DNA of 64,000 nucleotides from Chrysemys picta bellii (Eukaryota): the NCBI RefSeq assembly GCF_011386835.1, contig NC_088810.1, forward strand, positions 19,654,001 through 19,718,000, given 5' to 3'. A model generated the notes under the pieces. It did no database searches, had not been told where the DNA came from, and was given only the letters and a program-made list of their open reading frames with translations. The position numbers and the translations under genes are program-made. Positions 12,345 to 25,876 of this stretch are shown one piece after another (position 1 is the first letter of the stretch; each line of letters opens with the position of its first letter).

Positions 12345-12411
12345 CGTCCCCATCCTCGTCCATGGCGAAGTCCTCGCCGCCCGCCTCGTGAAGGTCCAGC
12401 ACGTCCGCCAT
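12345..12411 (-). CDS. RBM8A: RBM8A coding exon 1
   Basis: aagATGG context; MADVLDLHEAGGEDFAMDEDGD; 67 nt then |GTAATG. Exons sum to 525 nt = 174 aa. Confidence 0.97.
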
Positions 12412-12720
12412 CTTGCCCACCGTGCGACTGACTGCACCGCAGCTGCCGCTGCTAGGGCGGGCGCAGAGGGAACGGGAAGCCGGCGGGGCCGGGACCGCGC
12501 TGCACGCCGGGAAGCGGGGCGGAAGTTCCGCTCCAATCATAAGTGAATAGCGAGGGGGCCGCCATCTTGGGAAGGGCACGCTTTTTTTCCTCCGCCCGCG
12601 GGCACCATTTTGGTAGAGTCACGTGGCCTCCCCCTCCCCAGCTGGGGAGACGCCATCTTGGGAAGGTCCATAATTCTCGCCCCTGTGTGGTCGCCATCTT
12701 GAGAAGGGCAGGAGGCAGGG
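12400..12720 (-). promoter_or_regulatory. RBM8A CpG-island promoter with YY1, ETS and CCAAT motifs
   Basis: CGCCATCTTG at about 12406, 12560, 12651 and 12692, variant ACCATTTTG at about 12604; CGGAAGT at about 12520; CCAAT at about 12533. Confidence 0.75.
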
Positions 12721-14623
12721 TTCCCCTCCTGCCAGTTGCAGCCAGCTGCTTTCTTATAGCAACCAGCCATCTCCCTCCTCCTCATCTGGGCCTTGGGATT
12801 CTCCTCCCTGCCCCATGAGGCTCTGTTCTTCCTTCTCCCCACTCCCCTCCTCCCAGCCCCACTGGGGTTACCACCTTTGAAATGTTAACTCCCCTCCCCA
12901 ATGTTAGAGATAACTAAGTGCTAACTGCAGTAGGGTTTGGCTGATAGGGACATCGGTTTAGCAGGAACTAGGATGAAACCCCCCCACCTGATTCCACACA
13001 AGCCCAGCAAACAGCCGTCCCGTGACATCACTACTGCCATTCGCTAAATTCAAACCAGCCATTTACAGGTGAAGCAAACTTCACCCACGGGTGTACACTG
13101 ACCCCGTTTCACGTCTCAGCTCTTGTGTGAAACGGCCCCGTATAGAGATCTCATCTGATCCCTAACCCCGGGGACGGCCCAGTTACAATCATTTCTCCAA
13201 AAGCTCACAAAGGCCAAGTGGTTTTGGACAGCTTCTGCTCAACGTGCAGCAGATGCTGTGTCTGCCACTGGGATGAGCCTTGTCCCCTTTTTCCAGATTA
13301 AAACCAAAGCCTCATTAGGGAATTAAACGCTGCTACTTCATCTATTTTTAAGAGTGGAGGTTTACCATATGTCCCACTTGAAGCGGCTTGTCACCTGGTT
13401 TTTCAGCAGGCAGGTACGGTCTGATAGATATTGCCTCCTTTCCAGCCCCAAGAAAGTGCAGCAGAAAACTGCTTTGCTCAAGTTCTTCTAAATAAGTTAT
13501 CCCCAAAGGCCGTGGAGTTGAAATGATGCAGCCACAGCATGAAGCAACAGGCGGAAAGCAACAGCCAAGGTGATTGGGAGAGAGAACACATACTTGGAAA
13601 CTAAACCAAGGGAATGTTTCCAGGGTCTGATGCTCCCAGCCCACGCTATGGTCACTAACTGCCTATGCCGCGCCTCTGAAGGCTAGGCCCTGCAGCTCTC
13701 CTCATGAACGGAATAGGCTACTCCCATATGCAGTCACAAGTAAAGAAGAAACCCATTTCTCCTTATTCAATTTAGGCCGAGGAGTTGCTCTTTTAAGCGT
13801 CCCCTCTCAGCCAAAGCTTCTCGCCTGCTCTCCCTTTACACTGCAGGTGGCAGCAGACAGAGCAGTGCATAAGCAGTCAGGAGATCTGAATTCTCTTACA
13901 TCCATCCCGTAACGCCTCCGTGCCTCAGTTTCCCCATCTGTAAAGCTTGGGCTAATACCTGCCCAGTGCACACTCTTAAGTGCTTTAAAAACACTTGGAA
14001 GATACTCCGATGGAAAGTCCCAGAGTAGGAACAAGCAGAACAGCCCTTACCAAGCGTTATTTCTAATTCACGGAGAATGGTCAGAGCAATAGAAATACAA
14101 AATAGTTAAATTACCATTTGCAAAATTTGGTTTATGTACCCACTGATTAGGGTAGCTGTTCCTGTTCTGGTGCATTTAAACAGATGATAGTCCCACGCAG
14201 AAAGTCCTTGTGAAGCAGGACGAGGGGAGAAGAGGGAAAGAAATAAGAGAGAAGATGGTCTGGAGATAGAATTGGGGGGTGGGGGAGTTAAGGAGCTAAT
14301 TCAACAAGGCCAGTGAGGGCAATGCAAAGCAAACATTCTCTTTTCACAAAGATTTAAAACAAGGCTGGTGTAGCAAGACTCTGAGCAGGCCTTCAGTTAT
14401 TACACTCCCTGCTCAGACAGAGAGTGCTAGAACCAGAAGACAGCTGCTTTTGATTTACAAGTGCCTGGGATACGAGGTAGTAAGACTTAGATCTGGTCGA
14501 CACCTAAAGTATAGGTACGTTGCTTCGGGGGTGTGTGTGTGGAAAAATTCACACACCCCCGAGTGACATAGTTAAGCCATCCTAAACCCTGGTGTAGACA
14601 AGATAGGGCGACAGCAGAATTCT

Positions 14624-14750
14624 TTTCAGAGTAGCAGCCGTGTTAGTCTGTATCCGCAAAAAGAACAGGAGTACTTGTGGCACCTTAGAGACTAACAAAT
14701 TTATTAGAGCATAAGCTTTCATGGACTACAGCCCACTTCTTCGGATGCAT
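14624..14750 (-). mobile_element. Penelope-like element terminal fragment (subfamily A) with hammerhead motif
   Basis: tttcagagtagcagccgtgttagtc...gtggcaccttagagactaac...gcataagctttcatggactacagcccacttcttcggatgc; same family as 29710 and 42998. Confidence 0.8.
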
Positions 14751-16585
14751 ATATTCTTCTGGCAGCCTACCTACAGTGAGTGTCTTGAGGGGGTGAATTT
14801 ACTACAGCAATGGAAAAAAAAACCCTTCGGTCACTGTAGTAGGGGTCTACGCTACAGCAGGTGTGCCGCTGTAGCGTTTGTAGTGTAGACATATCCTGAC
14901 AGTGCCTTCAGCGGAGATGCTCCAGGCCAGAGGAGCGACAGCCTGCCACACTGCAGAGCCACAAGGTCCAATGTGCAGAACAGCTACTGTTAGACGGCAG
15001 TATTGCCTTTGGGGGACTGCAGCCATCCGACTCCCCATTGTGGAAAGACCCTTCTATAAAGAGGGTGTGACGTGGCAGCTGCGAGATCTGGCCTACGCCT
15101 GCCAGCTAGCAACGTAATGGCAAGGCAGAGCCGGTGTGACATTAACAGGGCTCAGAGGCTCTGTGCCAGGAAAGATGGGTCAAAAGAAATGCTGTTTGAA
15201 TTGATACAATCAGACACCCTGCAGATACTCCAGCTAGCAGGGACTCATTAGCCAGCAGCCAAAGAGGATAAGGGAGTTATTCCAAGAGGCTTCAGATGCC
15301 CTGAGCACCCAGCAGGGAGCATAAACAGCAGCAGGAAAGGAGCTCAGGGTAGCTGATGGTCCCTCTTTGGCTGCAGGAAAGCCATTCCTTCTGCAACGTT
15401 TAGTGTTTTAAACGAAAGCTCAGCGGTCCAGGTGCTTCTGCTGACAACTATTACAGCTCAGGCCAGTCTGGCTCAGACCCCAGAGCAACAGCCCGTAAAC
15501 CAGGCAGAAGGAAGACTGGAATATTTAGTTTTTCCTACCCCCATGGCTAGAGTGTGTCTTTAGTTAGTTACTAAAGTGGAGCAGGGGCGATGCCGCTTAA
15601 GAAGCCAACAGTCCGCTGATCTTTGTACTTTGCGGTGGAAATGGCAGACACTCAAGCGATCTTTCGAATGCCCATGGTGCACCTGAATAGGGGGATCTAG
15701 ACCAAATGCACACTGCAGAGTTTGTCAATCCAGCACGCCTCCCTAGGAAGGAAAGAGAAACCAGCTCCTCAAAAAATCTATTTTATTGTATAAAATTATA
15801 CATACAAAATGCATGTGAAATACTGAACATTATATGATATAATGGAACAAAGGCAGAGACAGCATGTGAAAGGTGATTTATCTTACTGTAGTGTTTGATT
15901 CGGAATATACAGCATGAAGGCAGGAAAGAAGAGACATTGGATGCTTAGGAAGCCAGGATATTAATAATGCTGGTACTACGGATTAGATCGACAGCCAAAC
16001 TTCCCCCTTGAAGCTCATGGGGGATAGAGGTTTCAAGACAACTTGTGATTAGAAGGGGGGGGGGGAGCAGGGACGCGGGAAAGACACAGATAGACACTTG
16101 ATGCTATTTATAATAAAGCTAAACTGGGTCCTGCCCAGGAAATCCTCTTCCCAGTAGAAAAAGGCATGAGGCAACGTCCCATAGCTCTGCATCAGGTCGT
16201 GGAGTGTCTACAATGAGATGCCAGAGCGCTAGCTTAGCAGAAACAGGCAAATCCTCTGGTGTGGCTCTACTTATAAAGACAGATTTTATTATATAAATAT
16301 AAAAAACTACCTCCACAACGGTCATGAAAGTCTGAGAGCCTGCCCAGACCTTTCCAAACCTTAACCCAGGCAAGGAAACTAGGGATGTTTAACACGCCTA
16401 GAGGAAGATTCACTGTGTGAATGGATTAATGGAATTGGAGAAGGCTGATATACGCTAACATATCATCCTTTTAAAACAAACTGCTGTGTGTGAAGTCTTG
16501 ATATGCCTCTCCTACTGCAAAGAAGTCCCATTAAAGAGAACTAGCCTTTGATCACAGAAACCATGTAATCCTTAAAAGGTTATGT

Positions 16586-16745
16586 TAAGAACATAAGAAC
16601 GGCCATACGGGGTCAGACCAAGGGTCCATCCAGCCCAGTACCTTATCTGCCGACAGTGGCCAATGCCAGGTGCCCCAGAGGGAGTGAACCTAACAGGCAA
16701 TGATCAAGTGATCTCGCTCCTGCCATCCATCTCCACCCTCTGACA
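16586..16745 (-). mobile_element. CR1 LINE 3' fragment
   Basis: taagaacataagaacggccatacggggtcagaccaagggtccatc...; near-identical to the start of the 57941 copy. Confidence 0.7.
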
Positions 16746-19700
16746 AATAGGTTGTTTTGTTTCAATCCTTTGTTTCAAAGCTTATGTTTGCTGCCGTTTT
16801 TGGCACCAAAAAGCACCTGAAACGTATCCCTTACGATTCAGAGTATAACACTGTGCTGATGATTGAATAGAGTTAGCATTTCTGTTTTAGTGGAGAACCA
16901 TTAGGGTCTCACATAAGCAAATAAATACACCTTGGAAAGATCTGTAATTAGCACCGAAATGAGGAGCAGACAGGCCCTAAGAAGCTTCCAGTGCTTGCTG
17001 GGAGCTGAAGTGCCAGACTTCAGAAGGGGACGAGTTTGATTATTCAGCTGTCACAGGGAACGCAGCCCATGTATGGATAAGTGAGGACATTTCTAATGCA
17101 GTTTGATTTCTGCAGCACCACCCTGTGTCAGCAGTAGGGTTAATACTAATTCAGATTAGCCAATTTAAACATAAAATAAAATCCAACATGGATGAACTGA
17201 GGTCTAGGCCCAGATTCTGCCCTGCACCAAGCAATGTGGGAGGAAGGTGTCCAACTCAGGGAGCATCTTATGCCTCCAGGAGAGTCATGGAGGAATTGTG
17301 CCAGCTCTGGCCCACTGACACATTAGAGCAGCTATGGGGCTGCTCTAATTTATGTCTATTGGCCCAGGTCTTTATGGCTTATACACAACTGCACTCCATC
17401 CTGACCCCAGCACCAGGACAAGGAGTGTGGTGGCCAGTCAGCACAAGAGCTGGCTAAGTGAGAACTTCCCCATGACGGGTTAATTCTCAGTTAGGGCTAG
17501 ATTTGGCCACCTTGCTCTGCCAAAGTGGTACAATCCGGTCCATAATTCAAAAAGTAATTTGATTGTGGGCTGCTCTGCACTGGAAAGTTAGATCAGCATC
17601 ACTACATGTAAGGGGTGTGAAAAACCCACACCCCTGAGTGATGTAGTTAAGCCAGCCTAACCCCTGGTGTAGACACCGGGAGGTTGACAGAAAAATACTT
17701 CCGTTAACCTAGCTACTGCCGCTCAGGGAGGTGGATAACCTACAGAATGGGAGTGCCCCTCCCATCGTTGTAATAAGTGTCTACTGAAGCACCGCCGCTG
17801 TAGCATTTTACGTATAGGTGGCCTTAAAATAAAGAAGAAACTGGAAGTAACATTTCTGGAGATACACACTTCGGGTTCCAATGCTGTGAACGTCACCTTT
17901 CTCATGTGAAGGTACTCAAGGTCTTAAGCATCTGCAGGATTAGATCCTTAGACAAGTCAGTGTCACCTGATTTATTTTAACGCTACCCACAAGTGGAAAT
18001 GTTTGCAGAAAGTTAAGACTCTGTGCTGTATCTAGAGAAAGGAAATGATTAAGTGTCTTAGTAACGGTCCAGAAACCAAGAAACCAACCTGAAAACCAAA
18101 AAACAAAACCCAAGAACTAAAAATACCATTTACAAATCAAGTTTATAAATGCATTAAACATTAATACTATCAGGTAAAAAGGCTGCATATAAAAATATAT
18201 ATACACATATAAAAACCATCAGACATGGGCTTGTTAGGACTGGAATACAACACTAGAAGGCCGAAGAATAATGCAATTGCTTCTTGATCTCCCTCTTGTG
18301 ATAACATTGCTTCAATATCCACATGCTACTAGTTGAAACATCCTCCGCAAGAGGCTTCTTGAGAAAGATGGAGTGGGGTCGAGAGGGGATCTCTGTGGAG
18401 ATACCAAAACCTGTGGCAGGCTCCTGCTCTCGGAGTGGGACCTCAGAGACTAGTCTCAATTAGTGAGACACCAAGAGCCAACGTGAGAAGAGATCCACAA
18501 GGATCCCAAAGTGGTAGAATACTTTTTTTTTTTAAAGACAGTCTTTGACTCAAGATCCCACAAGAGATCCCATCAGCTCTTCTGGATTATATGATGAAAA
18601 GGCTTTGAAGTGTTATGAGGAAGATTATTTTGTGCACCAGCAAATCATTGCTTTGTTAGACTGCACTGTCTAGGAGACGTGCTCCAGCTGGCTATTTAAC
18701 CTGAACTACACTAGTGAACGGAGAATACAAAATACTGTACAAAGTGCTCAACTGTTACCCCCTGCTTCCCCACCGCCTGAGGCCTCCTACCTCTTCAATG
18801 CTGATTAGAGGAAAAGCCAAGAGATCGTGACTGACATCTCGTTTGAATTACAGGCAAATCTATTGCATTGCACACTACATGTTGCAAATCAAACAGTACA
18901 GAAAACGTACCACGTGGCTGTTTTACAAAACATTAGTTTTCCCCCTACTTTGTAAAGGAAGAGTCTATGACAACGGCCTTGGATGACTGACCTACGAGCA
19001 AGCTTAAAACTGGTCCCATTACAGTGTAGGCGTAGCTGACAGATACTTTCTGTACCATGGCTTCCTACTCCATCAATCCCCGTGCCATTTATGTCACCAC
19101 AAAAATAGATTCAGATTTGCTATTAATGGAGGGAGCCCAATACTGTAACTTTTCCTTTACAAAACTAATCAGACATTAGCAAGCCCCCACAAAGCAGGAT
19201 ACGAGATTAAAGAGTCCCACATCCTTTCAAATAAATGCCTTGCACAGCAGGCTTACAAAATCGACAAGTCACTAGATAAAAGGTAAAAAGGTTTGGTAGT
19301 TATGATCTGAGAGATTAGTTATTGCCGTAAACCGGAAACACTCGAGTATGACTTCCTGTTGGGAATATCAGAAGCTACGTTTTTGCTTTTTGAGCATTAA
19401 TATTCTGTTTCAACTCAGCAGAACCAAACAGATCTGGATCTTTGATCAAAGTGCAAGTTTGGGCTAAGGCCCCACAGCAAAATATGAAATATGGGCTCCC
19501 TAATGCCCATTAGATTTGTCCCGGAGATGCACAAAGATCAGAAATCCAGGGACTTGGATGGTCTGGGCTGGAATGACTTCCCATTTTTCCCCTGGTGCGA
19601 GCAGTGAAATGTTTTCAGTTTATAACCAGAGCAATTAATCCCTGGCTTGCATTGTAGTGGCATCTATGTGCACAGGAGAATTTAGCAGATTGGAATCATT

Positions 19701-21828
19701 TGAGGGCCAATAAGTAGTAAGGGGTGCCCAAAGTGTTGTTAACCCCTTCCTTCCCCTGCCCACCTAACTGTGTAGAAGCCAACAATCAAACAGTTCTATG
19801 GTTGTGCTTTGATTGCATCTTCAGTAAATATGGTCTGATTAAAACAGTGCTCGCAACTGCCCCCATCTCCACAAAGCTGCAGTTTTTCTCTCCACGACAT
19901 TTCTCTCCCGGAGATTTCTTTCAACTCTCTTCGGGCAGTCAGGTAACTAAGAAACAGTTCGCAACGGAGTGCCTAGCCTGTTAGGAAAGCTCGGCGTCAG
20001 TCCCGGGGATAAGCAGACCCTAGAGAGGAGCTGGGAATGCAGTTTTTCGTCTCTTGATTGGGTTTCCCTTTTGTGCTGCTATTCTGCAGCCAGCAATTCC
20101 CCCCCTTTCTGCTCTAAATCTGAACGACAGACACAGCTGGGTATTTGAAAGGATGCTTTTAAGCTACTTGTACTACGGGGCTAGTATTTATACTAAGTGC
20201 GGGGCTCTATCAGTTTAAAAAAATAGTGCAGATATAGATTTACATTTCAGGAATCAACACTATAACAAACAGAGCAAGTTCCAAAGTGGAGAGTAAATGC
20301 AGCCCTTTGCAGCCTACTATTATCTATTTTGCATGGGTAATCTAAACCTTTTAGGGAGTAAAACCATGTAGGGAGACTGTTCTTGGCATCCTCAAGACGG
20401 ATCTGACCCATATTATAAACAAGTTAGTGTGCTATAGACTAGGTGCAGCCCTGTTTATAACTTGGTTCAGACCTCTTTACGCTGGCCAAAAGAAACCAAG
20501 TGTAGCTGAGGCTGAACCATAGGGTTTGGATCCAGATCTGACCTTCCACTGCTGGGGACCAGCTGGATCCAGGTTCTGCTTCAAGAGGTCAATACAATTC
20601 TGGTCAACAAGGTAGTAAACACAGGGCCTTTGGTGATACACCTGGATCAGTTCCCCCAATGTTTCCATTAGCCAGTTCTAAATATCTGGCAAGTGTTTAT
20701 TAGGTCTTCCTGAAAAAGGTTTAGTCCGACATTGTGTTCAAAAGCAACCCAAAGCCAGGTTGCTAGCATGGAGACAATAGCATGACACCAGACAGTGGTA
20801 GGATAGCCTCAGAACTCAGGCGTCTCCAGCCTAGGCGAGGTGAGACTAAGTAACTTATGAAGATGCTTGACTTCTAGGAAAGTGTACTGTCCACTTCATA
20901 GCACCACCTACGAGTCAGCCCATTCCAAGCTCATCCACTCCTGCAGGACTAGGGTCAAATCCCCTAAAAGTCCAAAGGGGATTCAAGAGGGGGACTGCAG
21001 AGCTCTCTCTAGTACAGACGTAATTAAAAAGCTGAGCCCAATTCCTTAATACCAAAGCCAATCCCTTAACCACCACCAGAGTCTTGTAATTTGGTATTAA
21101 GGAAGCAGTTTGAACATGTGTCAGCAGCTGATTCTCTTTCTGTACAAGAGAGAAAAGATCGAAGCTCAAAACAGATCCAAACATCCCATCCTGTAACACT
21201 TGGTGGAGTTTTAAATCGGATCTCAGATGCAGATGGCAATTTTACAGACTGACCCCATATTTCTATAATGGAGCAAATCAAAATCCCAGATCCGAAATTC
21301 CACGCGTGTGCTTTGAGGTGCTCTCCATTGGAGCATGAATTCTAGTACAAAGGAGCAGAACATATTGCTAAGTGCTGTGCTTTTCAAAAAGAGGGGTTTG
21401 ACCAAACCCCTCAGACTGCAAAAGCAGAAGGAAAGGCAGTTTTGCGTCACATGCCATCTGGATCTCTTCAAATCCAGATCTCCCTGGGGAAATGCTACAT
21501 TTCCATTGAATACGGTCATCTGTACAGTACCTGGGTTGAACGGAGGTCTTTAGAGTAGTGTTAACACTGAAAGGCTGCATTTTTTAAAAAAATGCACTTT
21601 TAAAGAGAAGGAATTCTTTAGCAGATAGAAAGCTGAAAAGTAACCTAAAGGCTAGTACTAAGTGTAAAAATCTGTACAGAAACGTTTAAAAACATCTTAA
21701 AAAAATGTGCAAATGGGCCACGACTCTGGAAAAAGAGGCAGCTATATGCCTTAAGTGATACGGTACAGATCCCTTCAATGTGGAATTGTTAGGAGGCATG
21801 GGGAAGCTGAACAGTTTGCGTGCAGCGT

Positions 21829-22071
<243 letters not shown>

Positions 22072-22228
22072 CTAGTGGGAAGAAATATGGTGGGAGCTTA
22101 TGAATGGCGAGTCGCTAAGAACACGCGCGTTGGCTAGTAGCATCTGGCTCAGTGGCACACGACAGCATGATGGGAAATGAACGACGGGGCTGGATGAGCA
22201 CCGAAGCAAAAGGTCCAAGAATCCCTTA

Positions 22229-22465
<237 letters not shown>

Positions 22466-24406
22466 CTAGCACACAGCTGAAAGCCTGCTTTCTGTGCCAT
22501 AGAGCCCTCAGGAGGCAGTGTTCCCTAGTGGGAAGGGCACTGGACTGGGACACAGGAGACCTACTGTGACCTTGAGCAAGTCACTTCACCTCCTGGTGCC
22601 TCAGTTTCCCCCTCTAAAATAAGGATAATGATACTGAGCTCCTGTGTAAAGTGCTTAGAGGTCAGCTGCTAAGACGTGCTAGGGCTACAGCTGGTAAGAG
22701 GTGCAGATTATTATTAGACAGACAGACTTAGGTGGGGAAGATACACAGGAGTGAATTATTCCTTCCTTCCACTTACATTTTTGCCCATCTAGTTACTAAG
22801 CCGCAGCAGGGAGGGCTTAGTGGTTAGAGCAGAGGACTGGGAGCCAGGACTCCAGGGTTATATCTCCAGCTCACCATGTGGCATTTACAGACCAGTTCTA
22901 TTCCCTTATCTGCAATCCTGGGCAAGTGGCTTCATCTTTCTAGATCTTTTCCCTCACCCGTAAGTTAACCACCTCACAGGGAGCTGACGCTTCAGGAAAA
23001 GTTTGTGAAGTGCTTTGAACTCCTTGAGCGGAACAGGCTAGAAGCCATTACTGCTACTTAGATGATAAGCTTCACAGGGCAGGGACCGTGTTATGGGTTT
23101 GTACAGTGCCTACCACGGAGGACTCCAGACTGACAGGGCCCTTCAGCACTATTGCAATATAAATAAATTTGTGATCACAGCAGGCTTACTTAAAGTTGAG
23201 GCCATGCTGATAAAGTCCTACAGTACAGAGAGATGAAAAGGGCCATTCATGGAACAACTATTTAAAAGGACATATGTAATTGTATAGGCTGATCCATCAG
23301 TCAAGGGCATTGCCCAGGCCTTGCATAGCTAGACAGAAGACCACTACCAATGACGGGATGGGAAAGATCCTTCAGACTGCTGAATCTTTATACCTCTTGT
23401 GCCGTAACATCCTCTGTTGGTGCTTCCCTCTGCCCTTTTCATCCCCAGAGCTATTGCACCAGACGCTGGCCGGTGATAGTGCAGAGCTTGGTTGTAATGG
23501 AAACCGGGCAAACGTTTCTCTGATGGCCGCACAAACCCCATTCCATAAACTCCCACAGAAAGCCAGGCTTCCCACAGACAATGCCGCCAGAGGAATATAC
23601 AGGATGTGGCGTCAGTCTGTGTAAACAGGGCTATTAATATAAACACTTATCCTCCGCCTACAGAATGTTACCATTCAAGGGAGAGCAGCCGGGCAAAAAG
23701 TCAGTGTCAGGAAAGTTTGCTTTCAGCAGAGAGTTCCAAGTAAAAAAAACTAAGTTACGAGCTTAAGGCGCCTGCCTACATGCATGAAGCTGCCAAGCTC
23801 CTTTGAGCATCTGGCAAGTGAAAGTAGGGTCTATTTCTCCCCTTCTGAGAATCAAATCCCTGAATCCAGATAAATCAGCTACTAGTGGGGAGTGTGTAAA
23901 GTCCCTGTTTCAAGTTTCCAGTGACCGTAATATCTGTACTTCCATAAAGGGCCTTTCCTCCAAGGATCTCAAAGCACTTGAAAAAACAATTAAACCTCAG
24001 AATACCCGAGAGGTAGATGGCCCCATCAAACAGAGAAGGGAACACCTAGAAAGATGTGGCAGCAAGTCAGATGCAGAATTGGGAACAGAGTCCCAATTCT
24101 GTGTGCCCACTGCTCTAGCCATTGGACAAGCCTCCCTCCCAATGGCAGGGAATAAACCCCAGAAAAGCCTTGGCTCCCAAAGCATCGTCTACACTGATTA
24201 AAGGTGTAACTATGAGGTGAGACGATGTCTACACCGGAGCTGGAGATGTAATTCCCAGTTCAAGCGATGTACATTATACTAGCTCTGATTAAGCTAGCAC
24301 ATAGCAGTGTAGCCACGACAGAGGGACAAGCTACAGTCCCGACAGAGACCCTAGGTACGTACTCGGGCGGCTAGCCTGACCAACCAGTTCCACTGTGGCT
24401 ACACTG

Positions 24407-24480
24407 TATCAGAGGGGTAGCCGTGTTAGTCTGGATCTGTAAAAAGCGACAAAGAGTCCTGTGGCACCTTATAGACTAAC
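24407..24480 (-). mobile_element. Penelope-like terminal fragment (subfamily B) nested in an older MITE-like sequence
   Basis: tatcagaggggtagccgtgttagtc...ccttatagactaac; flanked by tggctacactg / tggctacattg (10/11 TSD). Confidence 0.7.
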
Positions 24481-25177
24481 TTATTGGCTACATTGCTATT
24501 CTTAGCATGCTGACTCGATCAAAGCTAGCACGCACATATCTACCTGAGCTGGAGATTACACCTGCCAGTACAGATGTACCCCAGGTAACCAACTAAGATG
24601 ATCTCAATGATTTCAAGACTTCAGTATGCCTAATTCTATACACTTACATAGTGCCTTTCATCCAGATACCTTCAGTTGCTTTAAAATGGAAATAGCTAGC
24701 CCATTTATCTTCAGAGAGGGGAACATGACAACAGGTGAAACGACTTGCCCAAGGTGTCTCAGCCAACCAGTGGAAGAGCTGGGAATAGAACCCAGAACTC
24801 CCAGTCCTCTAACCACTAGACCATGTTGCTTCTTGCATTACCAATATATTCCAATACTGAAGGCATTGCACAACCCCTTCCACAATACTGGTCTCTGTGA
24901 GCGTCTCCAGAGCTGTTTTAATCAGAGGGGCGCCGAAAACAGAACCCTGCACAATCCAGATATTGTTGAACTTTGGAAGGCTTGAAAAACCCTGGTCTGG
25001 AGTCTGTGGCTGGAGCTCCTATCTAGCACTAAGGGTACAGCAACACAAAAGCCATAGCAGCACGTGCTTTCTGAATGCACAGGCCTGGTACATTCTGTAG
25101 CACTGAATGATGTGACTAGAAGATTTAAAATAAAAAAAAATAAAAAACACTTTAATCAAGACTGGAGCAGGGAATCA

Positions 25178-25306
<129 letters not shown>

Positions 25307-25487
25307 TTAAAGAATTACAACCCCTAAACAGAAAAAGGCAACCACACAGCTGGCACGCTGCTAAGCAGTGTTCCCACATGGCTCTGCTGCTGTTAGTCAG
25401 ACATTTTCAGGCTCCACAGTCTTGGTTTGTTTGTACTCTGATGAGGCAAACTTTAACCACCTTGAATGTTTCACAGATTCTACAAAC

Positions 25488-25582
25488 ACTTGCATCTGAA
25501 GGAGTGAGGTTTTTACCCACGAAAGCTTATGCCCAAATAAATCTGGCAGTCTCTAAGGTGCCACCAGACTCCTTGTTGTTTT
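25488..25582 (+). mobile_element. Penelope-like terminal fragment with a decayed hammerhead motif
   Basis: gcatctgaaggagtgaggtttttacccacgaaagcttatgcc...ctctaaggtgccacc. Confidence 0.7.
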
Positions 25583-25795
25583 TACAAACATGGAAGAGAT
25601 TTTGAATTCCTCCAACTCCCAGTAAACACTGTGCTCTTGCTCGGAGACGTCCCAGGACAGAAGTGATCGGGACAAGACAAAAGCCAGTGACTTGTCTCCA
25701 TCTTGGAGAAACGTGATGATACTTTACAGCAGCCATATCTAGATGAGGAGTGCTCAGAGGTACTTTGGAATTAACTGGATTCAGGTGGACAACAG

Positions 25796-25876
25796 GAAGT
25801 GGGTATTCACCCACGAAAGCTTATGCTCCAATACATCTGTTAGTCTTAAAGGTGCCACAGGACTCTCTGTTGCTTT
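25796..25876 (+). mobile_element. Penelope-like terminal fragment, 5'-truncated inside the hammerhead
   Basis: gaagtgggtattcacccacgaaagcttatgctcc...ggtgccacaggactctctgttgcttt. Confidence 0.7.

Noticed and set aside
12010-12579. Pro/Arg-rich ORFs over the RBM8A intron-1 repeat
   Set aside because: Stop-poor GC-rich VNTR; only 12345-12411 is coding.
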